64,000 bases of DNA from Turneriella sp. (GTDB lineage: Bacteria > Spirochaetota > Leptospiria > Turneriellales > Turneriellaceae). Under the pieces are notes generated by a model. The model was not told where the DNA came from. It did no database searches and worked only from the letters and a program-made list of their open reading frames with translations. This document shows, in pieces, positions 47,718 through 56,462 of this stretch. Positions within the stretch are counted from its first letter, which is position 1. Every line of letters starts with the position of its first letter. The position numbers and the translations under genes are program-made. The stretch lies in assembly GCA_965279515.1 (NCBI GenBank), contig CBDIID010000003.1, forward strand, positions 4,224,001 through 4,288,000, given 5' to 3'.

Positions 47718-48479
47718 ATGAAAAAAATAATTATCTGCCTCACTGCCGTAGCTGCGATCAGCCCGGCGTTTGGCTATGCTTCTTTGAACGTGGCGGGGCA
47801 AACCGGCCTCATTGCGACACCCACGGCGCGTATTAACAGCGAAGGCCAGGGCGGTAACGCTGTTACTGGCGGCTTCACCTATTTCAATAACGGGCGTACG
47901 TACAATGTTCCGCAGGTGAATGTGGCGCTGTTCGAACGTTGGGAGATCGGTGGCGCCTATAATTCAACCGAAGGAACAAACCAGAACGATTACCTCGTGC
48001 ACACAAAACTGCGTTTTGCACCATGGTCGGGCCGCGGCAATTCTGCGATGGCGATCGGCGGTAGCTACCAGAGCCTTAACTCATCGCCGGGAACAACCGC
48101 AGGACAGGTCTATTTCGCAGCGACGTACGAGGCGAATTTTTTCGGTATGGAAGCCGATACTTCGATCGTTGTCGGTAAGACTTTTGGTACCGGCGTGCGC
48201 GACGGCGATGTCGACTTCTCGATGGGCTTCGATTTGAATTTTTTCCCCAGCGCATTCAATGGTTATGTGCGCTGGCTGAACGAACTTTCAAACTATGATT
48301 TCCTTTACCTGAACGCTCCCACTGCTGCTGCTGCCCGTGGTGCTTTCAATACCGGCCTGCGCATTCCGGTGCTGAAAAATATGACTAACCTGCGGTTTGA
48401 TATCACACTGAAGATGACTGACGCTCTCGACAACGAACGTGGTTTCGGTGCCGGTGCTGTCTTCGGCGCGAAATTCTAA
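47718..48479 (+). CDS. Putative outer-membrane beta-barrel protein (YjbH-like N-terminus)
   Basis: Signal peptide, GQTGLIATPTA, terminal Phe. Confidence 0.65.
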   Translation: MKKIIICLTAVAAISPAFGYASLNVAGQTGLIATPTARINSEGQGGNAVTGGFTYFNNGRTYNVPQVNVALFERWEIGGAYNSTEGTNQNDYLVHTKLRFAPWSGRGNSAMAIGGSYQSLNSSPGTTAGQVYFAATYEANFFGMEADTSIVVGKTFGTGVRDGDVDFSMGFDLNFFPSAFNGYVRWLNELSNYDFLYLNAPTAAAARGAFNTGLRIPVLKNMTNLRFDITLKMTDALDNERGFGAGAVFGAKF

Positions 48480-48489
48480 CATCTATCGC

Positions 48490-48523
48490 TTTAAGGGGGC
48501 CTGTGGCCCCTTGACAAACCCCG
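48490..48523. repeat. AAGGGG/CCCCTT palindromic repeat, copy 2 (possible bidirectional terminator)
   Basis: TTTAAGGGGGCCTGTGGCCCCTTGACAAACCCCG between convergent genes. Confidence 0.6.
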
Positions 48524-48529
48524 GTTAGT

Positions 48530-50557
48530 TTACTTCGATTTGAAACCCATGAATTTTTTAAAGCGGGCCCACGCCGTGGCAGGTTTGCGTTTTTGTCCCG
48601 GCACCGCCGATCCCGCGGGATAAACCAGCATAAAGTTACGGTCGCCGAAGGCCCTGAGCATCATCTCGGGCAACCGCGCATGGATTTTCTCCTGCGGAAA
48701 AAAAGTTGCGCGCTCGAGCACGGCTATCCAGAGCGAATTTTCGCCGCCGTTCAGCGTCAAGAGATCGAGACCTGCATGGATCTGCCCCGCGCGCACAGCG
48801 TAGCGGCGGCGGTGGTCAAGGTGCGCCAGGTGTTCGGTGATGGAGGGCAAAATTTCCGGTTCAGCGAAAAAAACCGGGTTTGCTTTGAGCCGCCGCGCCA
48901 GGTTCAACACCACGGGCAGCCAGACATCCTGTGTGGCGACGAGTCGTTCGTTGGCGATAATGACGTTGATCTGCGACGAAAGCGACAGGTCGGTTTGTAT
49001 GTGCGCGGCGATGATGGTATTGCCCGGCGCGCTTTCGGTCAGGCTTTCAAGAAACGAATATCCCTGCGGTTTTTGCAGTGTGGGGATAGCCCCCAGGCCC
49101 AGGAGTATCTTCTCTGTTAAGAGCTCGCGCGCCGCATGCGCCACGGCCTTGATACGGTCATTTTCTATGCGCGCGGTGAGCTCGATGTGCTCGTCGCGCA
49201 TTGCATAGAGGGGCTTGAGCTCGTTGAACTGCGCCTCGACCGTACGGATTCGCTCTTCCGCGCCGGGGCCGTCGGGAACGACATTGAGCGGAAAGATCTT
49301 AGCGGGAGAATTTTCGTTGCGAAAATGCCCCGCGAGCGTCAGCAGCGGCATCATGGTTTCGGGATTACTCACCGGCAATAGAATACGCGCCGCCCCGTCG
49401 TCGGCTGTGCTTGTTTTTTCGGGCCGCGAAAAACGCGAGAGCAGAACGACAAAAATTTCATTGAGGACCGCATAGAGCATCAGGCCGTGCAGCGCCGGGG
49501 TTGGGATAATGCCGCGCGCGTAGGCGACATAGATCAGCACCAGCACCAGGGGGTTCTTGCGCAGCAGTTGCCTCAGTGAGACTTTTGCGTCCCGGCGGGT
49601 GACCCTCATCACGAATGCAAACGCTGCCCGGGCGATGATTGTGGTTACGAGAATTGCCAGCGCGCTAAGCAGCGTCGTCCATTGTAAAGAGCCCAGGATA
49701 TTACTCGATATACCCAGCTGAACATAAAATGCGGGCACAATGATACTGTGCCCGGTAAAGCGCAGCCGTTCAAGCACGCGCGAACCTTCTGCAACAAAAC
49801 GTGTCAGCACAAAACCCGCGGCATAGGCGCCCATGAGCGGCTCGACACCCGCTTTACGGACGGCGATCGTGACGGAGATCAACAGGACGAGCATCAGGTA
49901 AAAGAGGGCATACGAATCTTCACCAACCCGCCGCACCAGAAAGCGCAGTGATGGGGGTATAAATGAAATCAGTATCAGCATGATGAGCATCGCGCCCACG
50001 GCTTCTTGCAGAAGGTCGCCGGTTGCAGTCGCGCGTTGTGCATAGGCAACGAGCAACGACACGGCGAGCAGTGCGGAAATCTCAGAGATGAGACCCATGA
50101 AGGCGATATCGCTCGAAACCCGGCTCGCGCGGAAGCTTTCGCTGACGATCGACTGGCGCCGTTCGGGCGCATGCATGGCAGTGATGCTGGCGACCGCTAT
50201 GGAGGCGAGCAGGTCGCTTTTCAGGACAAAAAAGAAAAACGCCGCCACGGGAATTGCCGTCATGAGCTGCAGCAGAAAGGCCGCCAGAATGGTGCGGCCG
50301 CGCCAGGCAAAGTGGAGATCCCACTCGATTTCAAGCGCCGAAAGAAAGATAACAAAGAGTGCCCCGAGTTCAGAGAGCTGCACCAAGAGGCTCTGCGCCG
50401 GAAAACTGAACGGCAGGTAGATGCTAAGCGCCACGCCGCAGGCGAGGAAAAAAAACGCGGGATGGATGCGCGTCGCACGGGCAAGCGCGATGCTGAGCAC
50501 GCCGCCCGCTGTGATAATCAGAATCGAGTAGAGGGCCAGCTCGAAACTTTCGGGCAC
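48530..50557 (-). CDS. Cation:proton antiporter (CPA2) with USP-like C-terminal domain
   Basis: About 12 TM, GAYAAG and RILLPVSNPET; start at GTG 50557 just after glyQ. Confidence 0.8.
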   Translation of the reverse strand: MPESFELALYSILIITAGGVLSIALARATRIHPAFFFLACGVALSIYLPFSFPAQSLLVQLSELGALFVIFLSALEIEWDLHFAWRGRTILAAFLLQLMTAIPVAAFFFFVLKSDLLASIAVASITAMHAPERRQSIVSESFRASRVSSDIAFMGLISEISALLAVSLLVAYAQRATATGDLLQEAVGAMLIMLILISFIPPSLRFLVRRVGEDSYALFYLMLVLLISVTIAVRKAGVEPLMGAYAAGFVLTRFVAEGSRVLERLRFTGHSIIVPAFYVQLGISSNILGSLQWTTLLSALAILVTTIIARAAFAFVMRVTRRDAKVSLRQLLRKNPLVLVLIYVAYARGIIPTPALHGLMLYAVLNEIFVVLLSRFSRPEKTSTADDGAARILLPVSNPETMMPLLTLAGHFRNENSPAKIFPLNVVPDGPGAEERIRTVEAQFNELKPLYAMRDEHIELTARIENDRIKAVAHAARELLTEKILLGLGAIPTLQKPQGYSFLESLTESAPGNTIIAAHIQTDLSLSSQINVIIANERLVATQDVWLPVVLNLARRLKANPVFFAEPEILPSITEHLAHLDHRRRYAVRAGQIHAGLDLLTLNGGENSLWIAVLERATFFPQEKIHARLPEMMLRAFGDRNFMLVYPAGSAVPGQKRKPATAWARFKKFMGFKSK

Positions 50558-50562
50558 TGGCT

Positions 50563-51441
50563 CTACGCAGCTCCCGCTTTGGAGAGGGATTTTTCCTGGA
50601 TCGCGACATAACGCTCGGCGATACGCTGCGCGAGATGGCGCACGCGGGCGATATACGTCTGCCGTTCTGTCGGCGAAACGGCGCCGCGCGCATGCAGCAG
50701 ATTGAAGGTGTGCGAACACTTCAGCATGTAGTCATAGGCGGGAAAAACCAGCGGTTCTTTTTCCCAGTCAAGAATACGTTTCGATTCTTCTTCATATTCA
50801 TCGAACCACTTGAAGAGTTTTTTTGTATCGGCGAGCTCGAAGTTATAGTGCGAATATTCCCACTCGGTCTGCGTGTGGATATCGCCGTACTTCATGGTCT
50901 TGTTCCACTGGACCTCGAAAATGCTTTCAACACCTTGCAGGTACATCGCGAGGCGTTCGAGGCCATAGGTGTATTCGACCGAAATTGGTTTCAGCGGCAG
51001 AGATCCGCATTGCTGAAAGTAAGTGAACTGTGTGACTTCCATGCCATTGAGCCAGACTTCCCACCCGAGACCCGAGGCGCCGAGCGTGGGGGACTCCCAA
51101 TCGTCTTGCACGAAACGGATATCGTGCTCTTCGAGCTTGAAGCCCAGCGCTCGCAGGCTGCCGAGGTAAACTTCCTGGGCATCGGGCGGCGACGGCTTCA
51201 TGATAACCTGGTACTGGTAATAATGCTGCCCGCGGTTGGGATTTTCACCGTAGCGGCCATCGGTCGGCCGGCGTGAAGGTTCGACGTAGGCCACGGACCA
51301 CGGCTTGGGCCCCAGCACGCGCAGGAACGTATGCGGGTTAAAAGTGCCCGCGCCGACCTCCATGTCGATGCCCTGGGCGATGACGCAGCCCTGGGCCGCC
51401 CAGTACTGGTTCAGTGTGGCGATGATGTCCTGAAAATACAT
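50563..51441 (-). CDS. glyQ: Glycine--tRNA ligase alpha subunit
   Basis: [33 protein letters not shown] and TYGLERL. Confidence 0.97.
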   Translation of the reverse strand: MYFQDIIATLNQYWAAQGCVIAQGIDMEVGAGTFNPHTFLRVLGPKPWSVAYVEPSRRPTDGRYGENPNRGQHYYQYQVIMKPSPPDAQEVYLGSLRALGFKLEEHDIRFVQDDWESPTLGASGLGWEVWLNGMEVTQFTYFQQCGSLPLKPISVEYTYGLERLAMYLQGVESIFEVQWNKTMKYGDIHTQTEWEYSHYNFELADTKKLFKWFDEYEEESKRILDWEKEPLVFPAYDYMLKCSHTFNLLHARGAVSPTERQTYIARVRHLAQRIAERYVAIQEKSLSKAGAA

Positions 51442-51591
51442 GCGGTAGATTCGCCGCGCTGCGACAGCACGTCACGCGATGTCGGTGCCATGCCCCCCGT
51501 AAACAAGGTAGTTATCCGCGGTTTTCCATGGAATTCCCCCGATTGACCCGGAGCAAAATCTGCGTTAAACCAGCCCTACACGGAGATAACC

Positions 51592-53121
51592 ATGGCAAAA
51601 AAACTCAGGGATCAATATGATGCAATTGTTATCGGTGCCGGTTGCGGCGGCGTGACGGTAGCATCGCTGCTGGCCAAAAAAGGCAGGGATGTCTTGCTTC
51701 TCGAGCAGGGCGATTTTATCGGCGGTTGTTGTTCGACCTTCGAGAAAAAAGGGTTCCGGTTCGATGCCGGCGCTTCCATTCTCGAAGATATCGAAATCAT
51801 TGATCAGGTCTACCAGCGCCTGGGTTCTTCTCTGGCAAAAGAAGTTAAACTCAAGGTCTGCGACCCCGTTTATGATGTGTTGCTCAGCGATGGTTCGAAG
51901 CTGCGTATTCCCCTCGATTCTGACAAGACCGCTGACGAGATCGCGCATATTTCACCGGGGGATGGCAGGCGCTGGAAAAAATACGCCCGCCGCCTCGGTG
52001 AGTTTCTCGACACCGCGCTGCGCGGTTTTTTCGTCATGCCGGCCAATACCCTCGGCGATATGCTGAGAATTTTTAAACGCACGCCTGCGCTCCTGAAATT
52101 CGGTACTCTGTTCGCCGGCAGTTACCAGGGGCTGATGCAGAGATATTTTAAAGACAAACGCATTCTCGAAAGTATGTCGTTCCAGAGCTTCTATGTGGGA
52201 TTACCCCCGGCGCTCGCTCCGGCGTATTTTGCGATGCTGCCTTATTCCGAACACCGCGGCGTCTATTATCCCGAGGGCGGCATGGGGCGCGTTCCCGAAG
52301 GTATCTTACGTCTCGGAAAAAAAACGGGTCTTGAGGTGGCACTGAAAACCGCGGTCGCAAAAATTCTGGTAAAGAACCGCAAGGCATACGGCGTCGAACT
52401 CGCCGATGGCCGAAAGATTTTAAGCTCTGTGGTCGTCTCCGGTATCAATGCCAAGAGCATGTACCAGAAGATGATCGGTCATGAACACCTGCCGTGGATT
52501 GTGCGTGCGGGCCTCAAGAGCTATGAATATTCGATGGCGACGCCGATGATCTATCTCGGCCTCGACTACCGCCCGCCGCTCACGGCGCACCATACATTGG
52601 TGACGATACCCACTGCGGCGATGAACCGATATTGGTACGATTATTATAAGAAGGGGATCTATCCCAAAGAACAGTTCGGCATTATTTGCTGGCCGACATT
52701 TTCTGACCCTGGTATGGCGCCGCGCGGCAAACATATTCTGATTCTGACGCTTGCGCCGGGACCTTACCGGTTAAAAGATAAAAACTGGGATGAGGTAAAG
52801 GAGGAACTGATGGCAGGTATCATCGACTATTATTCGAATAAATATATTCCGGGCCTGAAGGAACATGTCCGGGTCGCCGAGTTTTCGACGCCGCTCGATT
52901 TCGAACGCCGCCTTTTGTCACCCGAGGGCGCCATCTATGCGTTGCGCCAGGATGTGACGAATGCGAGCGTATTTCGTCCCGCGGCGCGCTCGAAAAGTAT
53001 CCGGAATCTCTACCTGGTGGGTGCATCGACGCATCCCGGGGGCGGAGTGCCCACGACGATTGCATCGGGAATGATCGGCGCAGATCTCATCGAAGCTGAT
53101 CTTGCGGGGCGCAAGATATGA
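51592..53121 (+). CDS. Phytoene desaturase (CrtI)-family FAD oxidoreductase
   Basis: IGAGCGG, GFRFDAG, YYPEGG and NLYLVGASTHPGGGVP. Confidence 0.88.
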   Translation: MAKKLRDQYDAIVIGAGCGGVTVASLLAKKGRDVLLLEQGDFIGGCCSTFEKKGFRFDAGASILEDIEIIDQVYQRLGSSLAKEVKLKVCDPVYDVLLSDGSKLRIPLDSDKTADEIAHISPGDGRRWKKYARRLGEFLDTALRGFFVMPANTLGDMLRIFKRTPALLKFGTLFAGSYQGLMQRYFKDKRILESMSFQSFYVGLPPALAPAYFAMLPYSEHRGVYYPEGGMGRVPEGILRLGKKTGLEVALKTAVAKILVKNRKAYGVELADGRKILSSVVVSGINAKSMYQKMIGHEHLPWIVRAGLKSYEYSMATPMIYLGLDYRPPLTAHHTLVTIPTAAMNRYWYDYYKKGIYPKEQFGIICWPTFSDPGMAPRGKHILILTLAPGPYRLKDKNWDEVKEELMAGIIDYYSNKYIPGLKEHVRVAEFSTPLDFERRLLSPEGAIYALRQDVTNASVFRPAARSKSIRNLYLVGASTHPGGGVPTTIASGMIGADLIEADLAGRKI

Positions 53122-53255
53122 GCCCGGTGATCTGGGTGATTCTGGGTGTTGGCGCGGTGCTGCTGGTTTGGCTGTTTGCCAGCAGCGCGCGCCGTCATTT
53201 TATCGCCAGCCTGTTGCGGCAGGCGATCTACCTGATTCCCCGCTATTTCGTCTGA
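53118..53255 (+). CDS. 45-aa single-TM small protein (absent from the ORF track)
   Basis: MSPVIWVILGVGAVLLVWLFASSARRHFIASLLRQAIYLIPRYFV; ATGA overlap with the desaturase stop. Confidence 0.7.
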   Translation: MSPVIWVILGVGAVLLVWLFASSARRHFIASLLRQAIYLIPRYFV

Positions 53256-54014
53256 TTATTTCAGGAATTTTTCCAGGGTAATCAGGCGGTTCACCTCGCC
53301 GGTGGTGTCGAACAGCTTGCCGTTATCGTTCAGTTTAAAGTTGCCGTGCTGCAGGTGGCAGTTGGTGCAGCCGACATTGTTCTTCGCCGACAGCGCCATC
53401 ATCTTCTTGACGATGCGGGCCTTGGCGCCGAGCTTCTTAAAATTCCACCAGGTGGTGATATCGTCACCGCCATCGAGCCACTCTGTCTTCACGATTTCAT
53501 TGGGGGCAATTTCTGACGCGGCGCTGGCACCGTTGGGTTGGAATTTCAGCTTCTCGCCCTCGGCGACGATCTTGCCGGTGAACTCGCCCTTGTCTTTGAT
53601 GGTTACACGATAGTTACAGTTATTAACCCGGGGCAGGTGGCAGGTGCCGCAGGATTTTAAGGAATCGCTGCAGGAATCCGATTCTGCAGGTACTGCTACT
53701 GCAGGCTTGGCAGGAGCGGGAGACGCCGGTTTTTTAGGGGCCGCGATCAGCATTGCAGCGCCTAATTGGGCAAACTCATTGTCATTGAAGCTTTGGTTGA
53801 TTTTGGTTTCTTTTCCCTTGAGTCGGTTCAGTACCTGCTCAATGCATTCATCCTTGATTGGCGCCACGAGGTGGTGGGTCATCTTCAGCATGAAGCGGAC
53901 TTTTTCATCGTCGTTGTTCCAGAGTTTGCCCGGCGTTACTTGCGGTTGTACCGGGGTAGATCCGCATTGGGCGAGAACCGCAAGGAGCAGGGTGGGGATA
54001 AGCAGGCTGCGCAT
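53256..54014 (-). CDS. Diheme c-type cytochrome lipoprotein
   Basis: Lipobox LAQ-C; CGTCH and CTNCH heme motifs. Confidence 0.75.
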   Translation of the reverse strand: MRSLLIPTLLLAVLAQCGSTPVQPQVTPGKLWNNDDEKVRFMLKMTHHLVAPIKDECIEQVLNRLKGKETKINQSFNDNEFAQLGAAMLIAAPKKPASPAPAKPAVAVPAESDSCSDSLKSCGTCHLPRVNNCNYRVTIKDKGEFTGKIVAEGEKLKFQPNGASAASEIAPNEIVKTEWLDGGDDITTWWNFKKLGAKARIVKKMMALSAKNNVGCTNCHLQHGNFKLNDNGKLFDTTGEVNRLITLEKFLK

Positions 54015-54102
54015 CGGCCATTCTGGGCCGGCCCTAAACGGCGGCGACGAAAATTTCAATCTGCTTGACTCGGCTCCCTTAAATCCCGGCTTTGCCTGAA
54101 GC

Positions 54103-54765
54103 ATGAGCGCCAGGGCCCCCTATATCGCCTTCTTTGATCTCGATGAAACGCTGCTCGCGAAAAACAGCGGCCGCGTTTTTTGGGATTATTGCCTCGAACA
54201 CAAGATCTATTCTGCTACCGATGTCAGTTACCTCGGCTTTGCGTTGTTTAAATTCCTGGTGGGCATCGATGACACCGAAGATTTTGTCCGTACCTGGGCC
54301 AGCGTCTTCAGAGGCTGGAGCCAGGAAAAAATGGAAGAAGTGACGCGCGAACTCTTCGATCTGAGAATCAAGCAGATCATACGGCAGGGCGCCGAAGCAG
54401 AAGTCCAAAAACATAAGGCAGCGGGTGCCCGCACAGTGATTCTTTCGGCTTCGACACGTTATGTCTGCGAGCCGGTCAAAAACCACCTCGCCATGGATGA
54501 GGCGCTGTGCACTGCGCTCGCGATCGAGAACGGTAAATTTACCGGTACGCTCGCAAGCCCCTATATCTTCGGCGAACAGAAATATCTCTCGGCGCTGTCT
54601 TATGCGCAGGAACACGGCTACGACCTCTCGCAATGTTATTATTACGGCGATGCCTATACCGACCGTTTTGTCATGGAGGCGGTGGGTTTTCCGGTCTGCG
54701 TCACTCCCGACAGGAAACTCAGGGCGCACGCGGCGCAAAAGAACTGGAGCATCGTAGAATGGTAG
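54103..54765 (+). CDS. HAD-IB family hydrolase
   Basis: FFDLDETL, ILSAS and YGDAYTD. Confidence 0.9.
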   Translation: MSARAPYIAFFDLDETLLAKNSGRVFWDYCLEHKIYSATDVSYLGFALFKFLVGIDDTEDFVRTWASVFRGWSQEKMEEVTRELFDLRIKQIIRQGAEAEVQKHKAAGARTVILSASTRYVCEPVKNHLAMDEALCTALAIENGKFTGTLASPYIFGEQKYLSALSYAQEHGYDLSQCYYYGDAYTDRFVMEAVGFPVCVTPDRKLRAHAAQKNWSIVEW

Positions 54766-54802
54766 TCACGGTAAGGCCGATTTAAGTTCAGTCGGAATCG
54801 GC

Positions 54803-55306
54803 ATGGCAGACGCGGCTCACACGGCCACATACAGTTTCTCACCCCCCTTCGAAAAAAGGTTCCTGGAGATAGAGAAAAAATTTCCCAAACGTTCATCGCT
54901 GGTGCTGTGGTCGTTGCACCTCGCGCAGGAAGATATCGGCTATATTACCCCCGCCGTCGTTGACTATGTCGCCGCGCGTGTCGGGGTCTCTCCCGCATGG
55001 GTCAAGGGCGTCGTTTCGTTCTATTCGATGTTCCGTGAAAAGCCCATCGGCAAGTACCATCTCAATGTCTGCGGCAATCTCATTTGCCAGCTGATGGGTT
55101 CAGATAAGATCGAGAAGTGTATCAAAGACAAGCTGAATATCGGTGACGGCCAAACCACCCCCGACGGCAAGTTTACCTACACCCGCCAGGTCGAGTGCCT
55201 GGCCGCCTGTGGTTATGCCCCGGCGATGCTGGTGAACAATGATTTCCATGAACTTTTGACCCCCGAGTCAGTCGCCAAGCTCATCGACGAACTTTCAGCA
55301 AAATAA
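54803..55306 (+). CDS. nuoE: NADH-quinone oxidoreductase subunit E (2Fe-2S)
   Basis: VSFYSMF, VCGNLIC and ECLAACGYAP. Confidence 0.9.
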   Translation: MADAAHTATYSFSPPFEKRFLEIEKKFPKRSSLVLWSLHLAQEDIGYITPAVVDYVAARVGVSPAWVKGVVSFYSMFREKPIGKYHLNVCGNLICQLMGSDKIEKCIKDKLNIGDGQTTPDGKFTYTRQVECLAACGYAPAMLVNNDFHELLTPESVAKLIDELSAK

Positions 55307-55422
55307 GCAACCACAAGCCTGCCATAGCGAAAACAGCCCGTATCCTTGTTGACGCGGTGTTTTATTTACCTGTTTCTCCGCACGCGGGGATTTGGATCTA
55401 ACCCTTTCGAAAAACCGCATTT

Positions 55423-55495
55423 GCTGCCTTAGCTCAGCCGGTAGAGCAACTGCCTTGTAAGCAGTAGGTCGTCAGTTCGATTCTGACAGGCAGCT
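55423..55495 (+). tRNA. tRNA-Thr (UGU)
   Basis: GCTGCCT/AGGCAGC acceptor stem, CT-TGT-AA anticodon loop, TTCGA T-loop; CCA not encoded. Confidence 0.96.
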
Positions 55496-55497
55496 CA

Positions 55498-55548
55498 AGA
55501 CACGAGGTCTAGAGGTCGGCGGCGCGCATGGACGCGCTCCGTGCCGAC
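55498..55548 (+). repeat. Twin GGA-loop hairpin element, copy E (tRNA spacer)
   Basis: AGAC-ACGAG-GTCT-AGAG-GTCGGC-GGC-GCGC-ATGGAC-GCGC-TCCGT-GCCGAC. Confidence 0.78.
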
Positions 55549-55561
55549 GACCCAGTCTTAG

Positions 55562-55644
55562 GGGTAGGTGGCCGAGTGGTTAATGGCGCTAGACTGTAAA
55601 TCTAGTCTCTCCGGAGTACGAAGGTTCGAATCCTTCCCTGCCCA
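55562..55644 (+). tRNA. tRNA-Tyr (GUA)
   Basis: GGGTAGG/CCTGCCC acceptor stem, CTAGA-CTGTAAA-TCTAG anticodon arm, long variable arm; CCA not encoded. Confidence 0.96.
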
Positions 55645-55651
55645 CAATTGG

Positions 55652-55690
55652 ATCCCTTGCGTGGAGCACCCACGCAGGGGATTTTTATTT
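55652..55690 (+). terminator. Intrinsic terminator after the tRNA pair
   Basis: ATCCCTTGCGTGG-AGCAC-CCACGCAGGGGAT followed by TTTTATTT. Confidence 0.8.
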
Positions 55691-56462
55691 AAAGCTTAAT
55701 CTCCAGCACGACCGGGCAGTGGTCCGAGCCCATATGATCGTTCAGATGGCGAATGTCTTTCACCGCCTTATACAACGGTTCATCGATCACAAAATAGTCA
55801 ATTCTCCAACCGATATTACGCGCCCGCGCATTTGTGATCACCTGCCACCAGGTATACGATACCTTCTCAGGGTATTTCGTCCGGAAAACGTCGACCCACT
55901 TGTCGGCAACGAGGCGGTCGACCCAGGCGCGCTCTTCGGGGCGAAAACCCACGGTTTTCTCGTTCTCTTTGGGGCGCGCGAGGTCGATCGGCTGGTGCGC
56001 GACATTGAGGTCGCCGGTGAAAATGACCTTGTTCTTCTTCTTACGCAGGTCTTTGATGTACTTGTGGAAATGATCGAAAAACACGAGCTTCTCTTTCCAT
56101 GCGGCGTCGGATTTCCCGCCGTTCGGGAAGTAGTTACCGAAGACGACTAAATCCCCCGCTTTGACGCCTAAAACGCGGCCTTCATGGTCGTTCCACTTCG
56201 GCATACCGCGCAGAATCTCTACCTTCGGAAAGAGCTTCTTCTTGATGAAGACCCCTGTGCCCGAATAGCCGGGTTTCTCAGCGCTGTGGTAATGTGCTTC
56301 ATAGCCCGGCGGATTGACCAGTGCGTCGGAGAGTTGCTCGACCTTGGCCTTGATCTCCTGGATAAAGAGGATATCCGGCTTTTCTTCTTTAATCAGCTTA
56401 TCGAGCTCACCTTTTTTCTCAATGGCGCGGATGCCGTTGACATTGAATGAAATAATTTTCAT
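55689..56462 (-). CDS. xth: Exodeoxyribonuclease III
   Basis: SFNVNGIRA, IQEIK, YFPNG, GDLNVAH, GWRIDY and SDHCP; start 56462. Confidence 0.95.
   Translation of the reverse strand: MKIISFNVNGIRAIEKKGELDKLIKEEKPDILFIQEIKAKVEQLSDALVNPPGYEAHYHSAEKPGYSGTGVFIKKKLFPKVEILRGMPKWNDHEGRVLGVKAGDLVVFGNYFPNGGKSDAAWKEKLVFFDHFHKYIKDLRKKKNKVIFTGDLNVAHQPIDLARPKENEKTVGFRPEERAWVDRLVADKWVDVFRTKYPEKVSYTWWQVITNARARNIGWRIDYFVIDEPLYKAVKDIRHLNDHMGSDHCPVVLEIKL

Noticed and set aside
51592..53121. Carotenoid biosynthesis cluster / crtI assignment
   Set aside because: Only a family-level match with no neighbouring crt genes, so no gene symbol was given.
55423..55690. tRNA-anchored island or prophage
   Set aside because: No integrase or duplicated tRNA 3' end; flanks are housekeeping genes.
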